From contig JAKUPN010000006.1 in assembly GCA_022449545.1 (NCBI GenBank), positions 13 to 64,012 on the forward strand: a stretch of 64,000 nt of DNA, written 5' to 3'. The DNA is from Alphaproteobacteria bacterium. GTDB taxonomy: Bacteria; Pseudomonadota; Alphaproteobacteria; UBA6615. Position numbers and translations under genes: made by a program. Under the pieces are notes generated by a model, which saw nothing but the letters and a program-made list of their open reading frames with translations, ran no database searches and was not told the DNA's origin. Every line of letters starts with the position of its first letter. Positions within the stretch are counted from its first letter, which is position 1. Positions 1 to 7,454 of this stretch are shown piece after piece.

Positions 1-2
1 TT

Positions 3-218
3 TACGGAGGTGAGCAGACTGACGAGGCACTTAGACTCTGGCATTTTTCTGAAGTTAATTTTGCTGAAATAGCTGAAAATATGGGCGGAATTGGAATACG
101 TGTTGAAAAACCGTCTGATCTTCCTTCAGCTCTACAAAAAGCTTTTGAGGCAAAAGGACCTGTTATAATTGATGTTGTAACGGATATTGATGCGTTGGCG
201 CCGCTTGCAGTTGTTTGA
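3..218 (+). CDS. 3' fragment (C-terminal ~71 aa) of a thiamine-pyrophosphate-dependent enzyme (acetolactate synthase / sulfoacetaldehyde acetyltransferase-like); the gene begins upstream of the window
   Basis: Frame 3 is open from the window edge to TGA at 216-218. The translation ...GGEQTDEALRLW...MGGIGIRVEKPSDLPSALQKAFEAKGPVIIDVVTD resembles the C-terminal TPP-binding domain of ALS-family enzymes. Confidence 0.45.
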   Translation, partial: YGGEQTDEALRLWHFSEVNFAEIAENMGGIGIRVEKPSDLPSALQKAFEAKGPVIIDVVTDIDALAPLAVV

Positions 219-242
219 TGTCAGGGGATAATCTAGATAATA

Positions 243-1916
243 TTAGTTTTTTTTACCCCAGGTGTCCCTCAATGGAACGGTTCTATTGAATATGGGGTTG
301 TCTTTGGTGCTATCTATGTCTGCACAAAAATATCCTAATCTTTCAAATTGAATAGTTGTATTTGGTTTACTGTCCAATATTGAGGGTTCTACAAAACAAT
401 TGGATAAACTCTCTACTGAGTTGTTATTTATGTCTTCGATCCAATTACCATTCGACCCTGGTATGGCTTCTGTAAAGAGCTCGTTATAAAGATTAATCGT
501 AGCTTTTTTAGAATAATTTGCAGAGACCCAATGTAAAGTTCCCTTAACCTTGCGACCGTCAGGTGCGTTACCTCCTCGACTCTCAGGATCATAATGACAT
601 CTTAGTTCAATTATGTTTCCCTCTTTATCTTTTATTAACTCTTTACAAGTTATTAAATAGGCATACCTCAACCTTACTTCTCCACCAGGAATTAATCGAA
701 AAAACTTTTTAGTTGGGTTTTCCATAAAATCATCATGTTCAATATATATCTCTCTAGAAAATAATAACTTTCGAATACCGTCATTTTCGTTATTGGGGTT
801 ATTAATTGCTTCAAGTTCATCTTTAAAATCTGGGTCTTCAGGATAGTTTTCAATGACTATCTTTATTGGGTTTAAAACTGCCATGCGTCTTTGGGCGGTA
901 AGATTTAAATGTTCACGAATAGTGTTTTCAAAATAAGACATTTCCACAATCCCATCAGACTTTGTAATGCCAAGTCGCCCTACAAAGTCTCTTATGGCTG
1001 TGGGGGGAACACCTCTTCTTCGAAGGCCTGCTAATGTAGGCATCCTAGGATCATTCCAGCCTGAAACATAACCATCCTCTATTAATTTAAAAAGACGTCT
1101 TTTTGAAAGGATCGTATGGCTCAGATTTAATCTAGAAAATTCATATTGTTTAGGTTTAGAAGGTATAGGTAAATTTTCTAAAAACCATTCATAGAGGGGT
1201 CGATGGTCTTCAAATTCTAATGTACATAATGAATGTGTCACGTGTTCAATTGCATCAGATTGTCCATGACCAAAATCATACATAGGATATATACACCAAT
1301 CATTTTTAGTTCGTGGGTGATTAGCACGTATAATTCGATAGATTACAGGATCTCTAAGGTTCAAATTACCTGACTGCATGTCTATTTTGGCGCGTAGGGA
1401 CTTTTCTCCTTCTTCGTATTCGCCATTCTTCATGCGCTCAAGTAGATCAAGATTTTCTGCTATTGATCTGTTTCTTGTGGGGCTATCTACACCAGGTTCT
1501 GTCAAGGTTCCACGGTAAGCTCGCATTTCTTCTGGAGAAAGATCATCAACATAGGCTAAGCCTTTATTTACTAGTTCTATCGCCCAATCATATAGTTGGC
1601 CGAAGTAATCTGACGTGTAACGAATGTTATTTTCTGTATTAAAACCTAGCCAGTCTACGTCAAATTTTATTGCATCAATGTATCTCTGATCTTCTTTTGT
1701 AGGATTTGTATCATCAAATCTAAGATTACAGAGGCCCTTAAACTCCTCTGCAACGCCAAAATTTAGGCAAATGGATTTAGCGTGACCTATATGTAGGTAC
1801 CCATTTGGTTCCGGGGGAAAACGAGTAACGATTTTTTCGTGTATATTTTCTGATATATCATCTCGGATTATTTCACGAATAAAGTCGTTTTTCTGAGATG
1901 GATTCTTTTCGTTCAT
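243..1916 (-). CDS. glnS: glutaminyl-tRNA synthetase
   Basis: 557 aa. The N-terminus RFPPEPNGYLHIGHAKSICLNFG (HIGH motif) and long stretches are near-identical to E. coli GlnRS (CNLRFDDTNP, CIYPMYDF, YEFSRLNL, GRKVKGTLHWVS). Confidence 0.95.
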   Translation of the reverse strand: MNEKNPSQKNDFIREIIRDDISENIHEKIVTRFPPEPNGYLHIGHAKSICLNFGVAEEFKGLCNLRFDDTNPTKEDQRYIDAIKFDVDWLGFNTENNIRYTSDYFGQLYDWAIELVNKGLAYVDDLSPEEMRAYRGTLTEPGVDSPTRNRSIAENLDLLERMKNGEYEEGEKSLRAKIDMQSGNLNLRDPVIYRIIRANHPRTKNDWCIYPMYDFGHGQSDAIEHVTHSLCTLEFEDHRPLYEWFLENLPIPSKPKQYEFSRLNLSHTILSKRRLFKLIEDGYVSGWNDPRMPTLAGLRRRGVPPTAIRDFVGRLGITKSDGIVEMSYFENTIREHLNLTAQRRMAVLNPIKIVIENYPEDPDFKDELEAINNPNNENDGIRKLLFSREIYIEHDDFMENPTKKFFRLIPGGEVRLRYAYLITCKELIKDKEGNIIELRCHYDPESRGGNAPDGRKVKGTLHWVSANYSKKATINLYNELFTEAIPGSNGNWIEDINNNSVESLSNCFVEPSILDSKPNTTIQFERLGYFCADIDSTKDNPIFNRTVPLRDTWGKKN

Positions 1917-1987
1917 TTTGTTGTATTAGTTTCGTACTTTATTGACTGGATGTCTTTTACACTAAGTGATTAAAAAAAGTATTTCTG

Positions 1988-2560
1988 TTATTCTTTTACG
2001 CGCATGACTTTTAATGCATTAGCCCATCTTGCTAGCTCGGGAAGCAAGATTTTTGCTGATTCAATATGTATTTCTTTTGGAAGGAAAACACCATCATTAA
2101 TGTGTTCTGATACCATTGGAATTGGAACAGCCTCAAAAATTGGAACAACTCTAAATGTAGTTAGTAAAAGTTTTTCCATTTGTACTCCCCTTAAACCTCC
2201 TGAAACACCCCCATAGCTAACAAATGCGGCAGGCTTATAATGCCACTCTGACGCTAAATAGGTCAAAGCATTAACAAATGATGGTGGGGGTCCATAATTA
2301 TATTCTGGGGTTACAAAAACATAAGCATCAGCAGCGTCTACGCTTTTGCTCCACACTTTAGTTTCTTCGTTTTCGTATTCGCCATACCTGGGATGTTTTG
2401 GTTCATTAAAAACAGGCAGGTTGAAGTCGAGAAGGTCAATATTTGTGACATCATAAACATGATCAAATTCATTTGATGCATAGTCAACAAACCATTTTGC
2501 TATTGCTGGTCCAATTCTTGTCGGCCGAGTGCTCACGGTTATGACATTTAACTTAAGCAT
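1988..2560 (-). CDS. NAD(P)H-dependent FMN reductase family protein (SsuE/ChrR/YieF-like flavodoxin fold)
   Basis: 190 aa. Family pattern LKLNVITVSTRP...YVFVTPEYNYGPPPSFVNALTYL...FVSYGGVSGG is typical of NADPH:FMN reductases. Confidence 0.8.
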   Translation of the reverse strand: MLKLNVITVSTRPTRIGPAIAKWFVDYASNEFDHVYDVTNIDLLDFNLPVFNEPKHPRYGEYENEETKVWSKSVDAADAYVFVTPEYNYGPPPSFVNALTYLASEWHYKPAAFVSYGGVSGGLRGVQMEKLLLTTFRVVPIFEAVPIPMVSEHINDGVFLPKEIHIESAKILLPELARWANALKVMRVKE

Positions 2561-2596
2561 TTAATCTAAACTCCCATCTATTTTGTAGCATTTGTC

Positions 2597-2630
2597 TAAA
2601 GAAAAGCCCGGCTTACTAGCCGGGCTTTTA
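2597..2630 (-). terminator. Rho-independent terminator for the VOC-dioxygenase gene (minus strand)
   Basis: Perfect 8-bp GC-rich stem AGCCCGGC/GCCGGGCT (2605-2612 / 2619-2626) with a 6-nt loop, followed on the minus strand by TTTTCTTT. It lies 15 nt after the stop at 2648. Confidence 0.6.
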
Positions 2631-2647
2631 GCTTATTAAGACTTCGG

Positions 2648-3607
2648 CTAAGGGCTTACATGCTCTATGAACCTCATGGGAGCTGGTTCACCCCATTGGG
2701 AACCAAATCCCTCCTCAGCTGAAACAAGTTTAGTTCCATAATCAGTATTTAATACATCTGTATCACACCAATGTTCGTGAACTCTATCCCACGGATCCAT
2801 CCAATAATCATAGATTTGGCTTCCCAATACATGTCTGCCTAACCCCCAGACGTGATCGTAGCCTTTTTCTTTGAGATGCTCGTGTCCCATGACAACGTCA
2901 TCAAAGTCTTGTACTTCGTAAGAAAGATGATTTAGTCCGGCTCTTTCATTGTGAACAAAGAGAAAAACGTGGTGATCTACAAATTCTGTTCCTGCGTCAA
3001 TTCGATTGAAACTTGCAATAACTTTATTTTTATCATCCTCAACATAAACTTCATCTGTGCCAACCAGACCAATATGGTGACGCATCCAAGATATTGATTC
3101 AGTTAGTTTTGGGGTGCCTATAACTCCGTGACCTATTCTTTTGGGTTGTGAAGGGCCTTTTGGTTTTCTCCAAAGTTCACCAGCGCGTGCCCGTTTATCT
3201 ACATTTCCAAGGTTATAAGCATGCCGTTCTACCTTGATTGGATCTAAGTCTTCAATACCCCAGACTACTTCTATTCCATATCCGTTTGGCTCTGTTAATA
3301 TAACTCTTTTACCGCCTCCGGGTTCGTCTATCTCATGCACGTCACTAGCGGTCTCTGCTTCAGCTGCCAGTTTATGAAGATCTTCTTCACAAGCGGCATT
3401 AAAAGCTAAACTCACAAAACCCGGATCACCTTTTTCTGTGACGTGAATATGATGATCAGGATCTGTACCACGCATATATAATGCATCATTAGTTCTTTCT
3501 GCGCGAACCATTCCGAAGTTAGTGAGAAACTCTTCCTGTAAGTCTAGATCAGGCGACTTAATTCTTCCCCAAGCTATGTCGGTCACCTTTATAATTGGCT
3601 CAGCCAT
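2648..3607 (-). CDS. two-domain VOC-superfamily protein, extradiol ring-cleavage dioxygenase-like (glyoxalase/bleomycin-resistance fold)
   Basis: 319 aa, about the length of type I extradiol dioxygenases. Conserved His/Glu-rich segments (HIHV, HHIGLVGTDE, HHVFLFVHNE, HLSYEV) are present. No more specific substrate call is possible. Confidence 0.65.
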   Translation of the reverse strand: MAEPIIKVTDIAWGRIKSPDLDLQEEFLTNFGMVRAERTNDALYMRGTDPDHHIHVTEKGDPGFVSLAFNAACEEDLHKLAAEAETASDVHEIDEPGGGKRVILTEPNGYGIEVVWGIEDLDPIKVERHAYNLGNVDKRARAGELWRKPKGPSQPKRIGHGVIGTPKLTESISWMRHHIGLVGTDEVYVEDDKNKVIASFNRIDAGTEFVDHHVFLFVHNERAGLNHLSYEVQDFDDVVMGHEHLKEKGYDHVWGLGRHVLGSQIYDYWMDPWDRVHEHWCDTDVLNTDYGTKLVSAEEGFGSQWGEPAPMRFIEHVSP

Positions 3608-3781
3608 TTTCTCACTCCATATTTCTTTTTTTATTCAGTTTTAAATATGTTAGTTTTTGTATTTATTAGTTATTGTTATAGTTAAGTTAAGAAAAGAATA
3701 AAATCAGTTTTACCAAAATAACCATTAAATTATAGAGATAATAACGCCAGTTGAGCACGAAGGCATTATAAATTTCAAATA

Positions 3782-4414
3782 TTGAGTATAAATATGTTTA
3801 TTGATCCTGCAATTAATATGAAGCCTGAGCCGTTATTGTATAATCCATTCAAGGCTTTAGTAGTGCCCCGGCCTATTGGTTGGATAAGCACTATTAGTTC
3901 AACAGGAGCCGTTAACCTTGCGCCATATAGCTTTTTTAATGGTGTGGCCGATGATCCGCCATGTGTTATGTATTGTCCCAATGGCTCACATCCAGAAGGC
4001 GGGCCAAAAGATAGTTTAAGAAATGTTGAGGAAACGGGGGAATTTGTTTTCAATCTTTGTAATTGGGATTTACATAAAAAGATGAATTTGACTGCTGAAC
4101 ATTTACCTAGAAATGTTGACGAGATGACAAAATCAGGCTTAGAGCCAATGAGTTGCAATAAAGTTAAACCTCCTCGTGTTGCTGTTGCCCCTGCTGCGTT
4201 TGAATGTAGATATTTAGAAACGGTTAAATTGCCAATTGGGCGCAGTGGAAGAGAAAACAATCTGGTGCTTGGAGAGGTGGTTGGAATACATATTGATGAA
4301 TCTGTTATAAATGATGGAATGGTTGATATTAGTTTGTTAAAACCAGTCGCAAGATTGGGCTATATGGATTATACAGTCGTGACTGAATCTTTTACTATGG
4401 AACGTCCTGACTAA
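3782..4414 (+). CDS. flavin reductase-like domain protein (FMN-binding split-barrel, NADH:flavin oxidoreductase component family)
   Basis: 210 aa. PFKALVVPRPIGWISTISSTGAVNLAPYSFFNGVADDPPCVMYCP matches the flavin_reduct domain signature. It is co-directional with, and 150 nt upstream of, the nitrile-hydratase-family operon. Confidence 0.75.
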   Translation: MSINMFIDPAINMKPEPLLYNPFKALVVPRPIGWISTISSTGAVNLAPYSFFNGVADDPPCVMYCPNGSHPEGGPKDSLRNVEETGEFVFNLCNWDLHKKMNLTAEHLPRNVDEMTKSGLEPMSCNKVKPPRVAVAPAAFECRYLETVKLPIGRSGRENNLVLGEVVGIHIDESVINDGMVDISLLKPVARLGYMDYTVVTESFTMERPD

Positions 4415-4428
4415 TTATTGCTATATAA

Positions 4429-4448
4429 ATTTTATTGAATTTTATTGA
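4429..4448. promoter_or_regulatory. perfect 10-bp tandem direct repeat (ATTTTATTGA x2) flanked by an imperfect inverted repeat (CTATATAAAT / ATAAATTATATAG), upstream of the NHase-family operon
   Basis: Seen directly at 4421-4465, in the 150-nt gap between the flavin-reductase-like gene and the first NHase-family gene. Candidate regulator-binding site, but AT-rich background lowers its significance. Confidence 0.25.
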
Positions 4449-4564
4449 GAATATAAATTATATAGTGATTTAGAGACAATTATTAATTCAGGATTGAAAA
4501 AACAGATAACTTTTATACCTCGACTTAATGTATTTTGCGAAGGTATCAGACCAGGAGAGATTAT

Positions 4565-4888
4565 ATGAGGGGACCACAAGATTATGGCGGATTGCCTGCA
4601 GGGCTGGTTGACCCTGTCAAGAATGAGCATGAGCCTACTCACTGGGAAAGACGTGTTGACGCAATTATGTTACTTCTTTTTGATCCCAAGAGAAGATTGG
4701 CGCGAGTGGATGAATCACGTCGTATGCAAGAAGCTCTGGGAGATGATTATCATAAATATCCTTATTATGAACGCTGGTTGCAAGCTATTACATGGCTGCT
4801 GCTTGAAAAAGGAGTTTTCTCACAAGAAGAGCTTGATAAAAAGAGAGAAGAAGTAAGAGCTAGACTAGAGGCTGAAAGAAATGGATAG
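4565..4888 (+). CDS. nitrile hydratase family beta subunit, N-terminal-half polypeptide (split beta; thiocyanate hydrolase beta / ToyK-ToyL-like arrangement)
   Basis: From the ATG at 4565 (GGAGAG 7 nt upstream): MRGPQDYGGLPAGLVDP...THWERRVDAIMLL...YYERWLQAI.... The N-terminus matches the NHase beta N-terminus (MNGVHDLGG / MDGIHDTGG) and the conserved Arg (WERR) is present. The product ends after the helix that precedes the beta-subunit linker. The open frame extends to 4535, but the earlier Met lacks an RBS. Confidence 0.8.
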   Translation: MRGPQDYGGLPAGLVDPVKNEHEPTHWERRVDAIMLLLFDPKRRLARVDESRRMQEALGDDYHKYPYYERWLQAITWLLLEKGVFSQEELDKKREEVRARLEAERNG

Positions 4889-5165
4889 TAAGTTTAGCCC
4901 AGGAGATAAAGTTCGAGTAATGGAGCGCAGTCAACCTGGGCATGTTAGAACACCTATGTATGTTCGTGGCAAATCGGGAGTGATAGAAAGGATAGTAGGT
5001 CCCCAACCTAATCCTGAGACATTGGCATATGGCCAGTCCGGACTTCCTTATAAAATGCTTTATAGAGTCAATTTTTCACAAAAAGTATTGTGGCCTGATT
5101 ATGAGGGTGAAGATAATGATTCTCTTGAAATTGAGATCTATGAGCATTGGCTAGAGCAGGTATAG
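4881..5165 (+). CDS. nitrile hydratase family beta subunit, C-terminal-half polypeptide
   Basis: 94 aa, FSPGDKVRVMERSQPGHVRTPMYVRGKSGVIERIV...PYKMLYRVNFSQKVLWPDYEG...EIEIYEHWLE. It aligns to the C-terminal beta-barrel of NHase beta ([29 protein letters not shown]...LYTVAFSAQELWG...WEPYL). The start ATG overlaps the upstream stop by 8 nt (ATGGATAG), and GAGG lies 10 nt upstream. Confidence 0.8.
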   Translation: MDSKFSPGDKVRVMERSQPGHVRTPMYVRGKSGVIERIVGPQPNPETLAYGQSGLPYKMLYRVNFSQKVLWPDYEGEDNDSLEIEIYEHWLEQV

Positions 5166-5198
5166 TTTAATAAATTTATATAATATGAGAGAAAAAAA

Positions 5199-5849
5199 AT
5201 GAGCGAACATCATCACGATCATCTAAATGCTACGCACACTCATGATGGTAAACCGATCCAGAACGATGAGCCACCTTCTATTGAGGCAGAATCTCTTGAA
5301 ACTGCTGTAAGAGAATTGTTGATGGAAAAGGGTGTGATAACTGCTGATGAATTACGTGGCGCTATTGAAACACAGGAACAAAGGAGACCCGAGCTTGGTG
5401 CGAAAATCATTGCACGTGCATGGGTTGATGAAGACTTCAAACAAAAATTATTGAGTCATGGAGATATGGCTGTTCGTTCCTTTGGTGTAGACATGAAGCC
5501 CACTGAACTATGTGTCGTAGAAAACACAGAGGAGGTTCATAACTTGGTTGTTTGCACTTTATGTTCTTGTTATCCGAGAGCTATTTTAGGGATTCCTCCG
5601 GCGTGGTACAAACGCAGGGATTATAGGTCCAGAGCCGTGCGTGAGCCAAGATCTGTTTTATCTGAGTTCGGTACAATTATTTCAGAAGATAGACAGGTAA
5701 GAGTGCATGATAGTAATGCCGATTTGCGTTACTTGGTGCTTCCGAGGCGTCCCCCTGGAACCGATGATTGGAGCGAAGAAGACTTGACCGAGTTAATTAC
5801 CAGAGACAGCATGATAGGTGTGTCTGAGGCGATTACTCCCGGTGAGTGA
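5199..5849 (+). CDS. nitrile hydratase family alpha subunit, cobalt-type metal-binding motif (VCTLCSCY), with His-rich N-terminal extension
   Basis: 216 aa. AKIIARAWVDEDFKQ...VVCTLCSCYPRAILGIPPAWYKRRDYRSRAVREPRSVL...GTDDWSEEDLTELITRDSMIGV aligns nearly residue-for-residue to Co-type NHase alpha of Rhodococcus rhodochrous J1. The N-terminus is MSEHHHDHLNATHTHDG. Confidence 0.9.
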   Translation: MSEHHHDHLNATHTHDGKPIQNDEPPSIEAESLETAVRELLMEKGVITADELRGAIETQEQRRPELGAKIIARAWVDEDFKQKLLSHGDMAVRSFGVDMKPTELCVVENTEEVHNLVVCTLCSCYPRAILGIPPAWYKRRDYRSRAVREPRSVLSEFGTIISEDRQVRVHDSNADLRYLVLPRRPPGTDDWSEEDLTELITRDSMIGVSEAITPGE

Positions 5850-6045
5850 TTTGATGACTAATATCTTCATTGATTAATATCCCTAACATTTATATTGAAT
5901 CATCTAGTAATTAGTGATTCTATGTAGCCAAGAATCATACTTTATTTAATCTTCATTAAGGTTTGTGAAAGATTACTTGTTTAGTCAACTAACTAGTATG
6001 ATTAATTGAATATAATTAATAACCCTACAAAAGTTCTGTGATCTT

Positions 6046-7404
6046 ATGAAAAAGTTTTTCAGTACGAAAAATAGACTGATCGAATTGATTTCAACTCATT
6101 TAAGACTGATTTGTATGTCAGTGGTATTTGTGGGGTTTTTATTATGGGGGTATTTGATAACAGATATAAATCTGACTAATAAAAAAGAATTAGATCAACA
6201 GCAAACTAAAATAGCTGATAGCCTTAAGTCTATAAATAAAATTGAAAACGTAATATCTGGTCTCAATGATAGAGTGACAGAAACGAATAAGAAGAGAGCT
6301 GATGATATTGCTAATTTAAATAAATCTCTTTCAAGTAAATCTAATTTAGAAAAAGAAATTGTTCGTTTAAAAAAATTAGGTGAAAGAAAGGATTTTACAA
6401 TAGCTAAGGTTTTAAATGAACTAGACAAAACCAACATACGCGAAAAAGAAAATGTTAAACGTTTAGCGAGTTTCACTGAAATTAATTCTTTACTTATCAA
6501 AGAGAGGAACAAACTTCGTAAAGAAGTTGAAAATAAGAGTGTTCTGTTAGAAGAAACCAATAAGAGATTAAAGAAAACTGACGATAACAATAACACCTTA
6601 TTACAACGCTTGAAGAAATCCCGAAAGACAACATCTACATTATTGCTTCGAAAGTCTGATAAAACACACAACTCAAAACATGAAAGTGCTTTAATCGAAA
6701 AGTATAATAATCGTTACAGTTCCGCCGATATATCTAAAGAGGGGGTTTTATCAAGGCTATATCAAATTACTGATAAGACAGTTGAATCTTTAGAAAGGGC
6801 TTTGCAGGTATCAGGGTTAAATTCTAACTTGTTGATAAAAAGGGCGTTGTCTAAAGAAGATTATTTTATTAGTGGTCGGGGTGGGCCATTCATTAAATTA
6901 AATGATAAATTTGACAAAAATTTAAAAATTACTTTTGTAGAACCTGAACATAAAGTAATTAGATTAATAGGGCTCCAAGAAGTAATGAAACGGATTCCAT
7001 TAGCCGCGCCGCTAGATGAGCTGCGTGTAAGTAGTGGTTTTGGAAAACGAATAGATCCATTCACAAACCAATTAGCAATGCATCCAGGTATAGATTTTGC
7101 CTCCAGAAACACAAGCACTATTTTTGTAACTGCACCAGGAGTTGTGACTTTTGTTGGGTGGAATGGCGGGTTTGGAAAAATGGTAGAAGTTGATCACGGA
7201 TTGGGAATTACTACTAGGTATGCGCATTTATCAAAAATATTCGTAAAACCTGGTCAGAAATTAAAATTTAGAGAAAGATTAGGACAGGTTGGCAATACAG
7301 GCAGAAGTACTGGATCTCATTTACATTATGAGATTTTATTTGATGGGAAAGAAATGGATCCTCAAAGATTCCTCAGAGCCGGCCAGTATCTTTTCAAGAC
7401 ATAG
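6046..7404 (+). CDS. M23 family metallopeptidase (EnvC/NlpD-like murein hydrolase factor) with N-terminal TM segment and a long coiled-coil region
   Basis: 452 aa. The C-terminal LytM/M23 domain reads HPGIDFA...GWNGGFGKMVEVDHGLGITTRYAHL...GNTGRSTGSHLHYEI. The middle 200 aa are K/E/L-rich coiled coil. Confidence 0.85.
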   Translation: MKKFFSTKNRLIELISTHLRLICMSVVFVGFLLWGYLITDINLTNKKELDQQQTKIADSLKSINKIENVISGLNDRVTETNKKRADDIANLNKSLSSKSNLEKEIVRLKKLGERKDFTIAKVLNELDKTNIREKENVKRLASFTEINSLLIKERNKLRKEVENKSVLLEETNKRLKKTDDNNNTLLQRLKKSRKTTSTLLLRKSDKTHNSKHESALIEKYNNRYSSADISKEGVLSRLYQITDKTVESLERALQVSGLNSNLLIKRALSKEDYFISGRGGPFIKLNDKFDKNLKITFVEPEHKVIRLIGLQEVMKRIPLAAPLDELRVSSGFGKRIDPFTNQLAMHPGIDFASRNTSTIFVTAPGVVTFVGWNGGFGKMVEVDHGLGITTRYAHLSKIFVKPGQKLKFRERLGQVGNTGRSTGSHLHYEILFDGKEMDPQRFLRAGQYLFKT

Positions 7405-7454
7405 AATTAGCGAAATAATATATTTAGATCTTGTCTAGCTATTAACTTAATAAA

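Noticed and set aside
2004-2216. 70-aa plus-strand ORF inside the FMN reductase gene
   Set aside because: It is antisense to a well-supported CDS, with no RBS or homology.
3775-4260. 161-aa minus-strand ORF overlapping the flavin-reductase-like gene
   Set aside because: It lies entirely antisense to an ORF with clear domain homology. Its translation is low-complexity (Leu/Ser/Gly-rich) with no motif, so it is a typical shadow ORF.
4535-5165. Interpretation of the two beta-half ORFs as a frameshifted pseudogene of a normal NHase beta
   Set aside because: The N-half product ends cleanly before the beta linker, the about 35-aa linker is simply absent, and the junction is a classic ATGnnTAG translational-coupling overlap with an RBS. 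This matches the natural split in SCNase/ToyKL, not a recent indel. It remains testable: see the first finding.
6195-7118. Minus-strand ORFs (158 aa and 85 aa) inside the M23 peptidase gene
   Set aside because: They mirror the antisense of the K/E-rich coiled-coil region. Their translations are low-complexity Leu/Ser/Phe runs.
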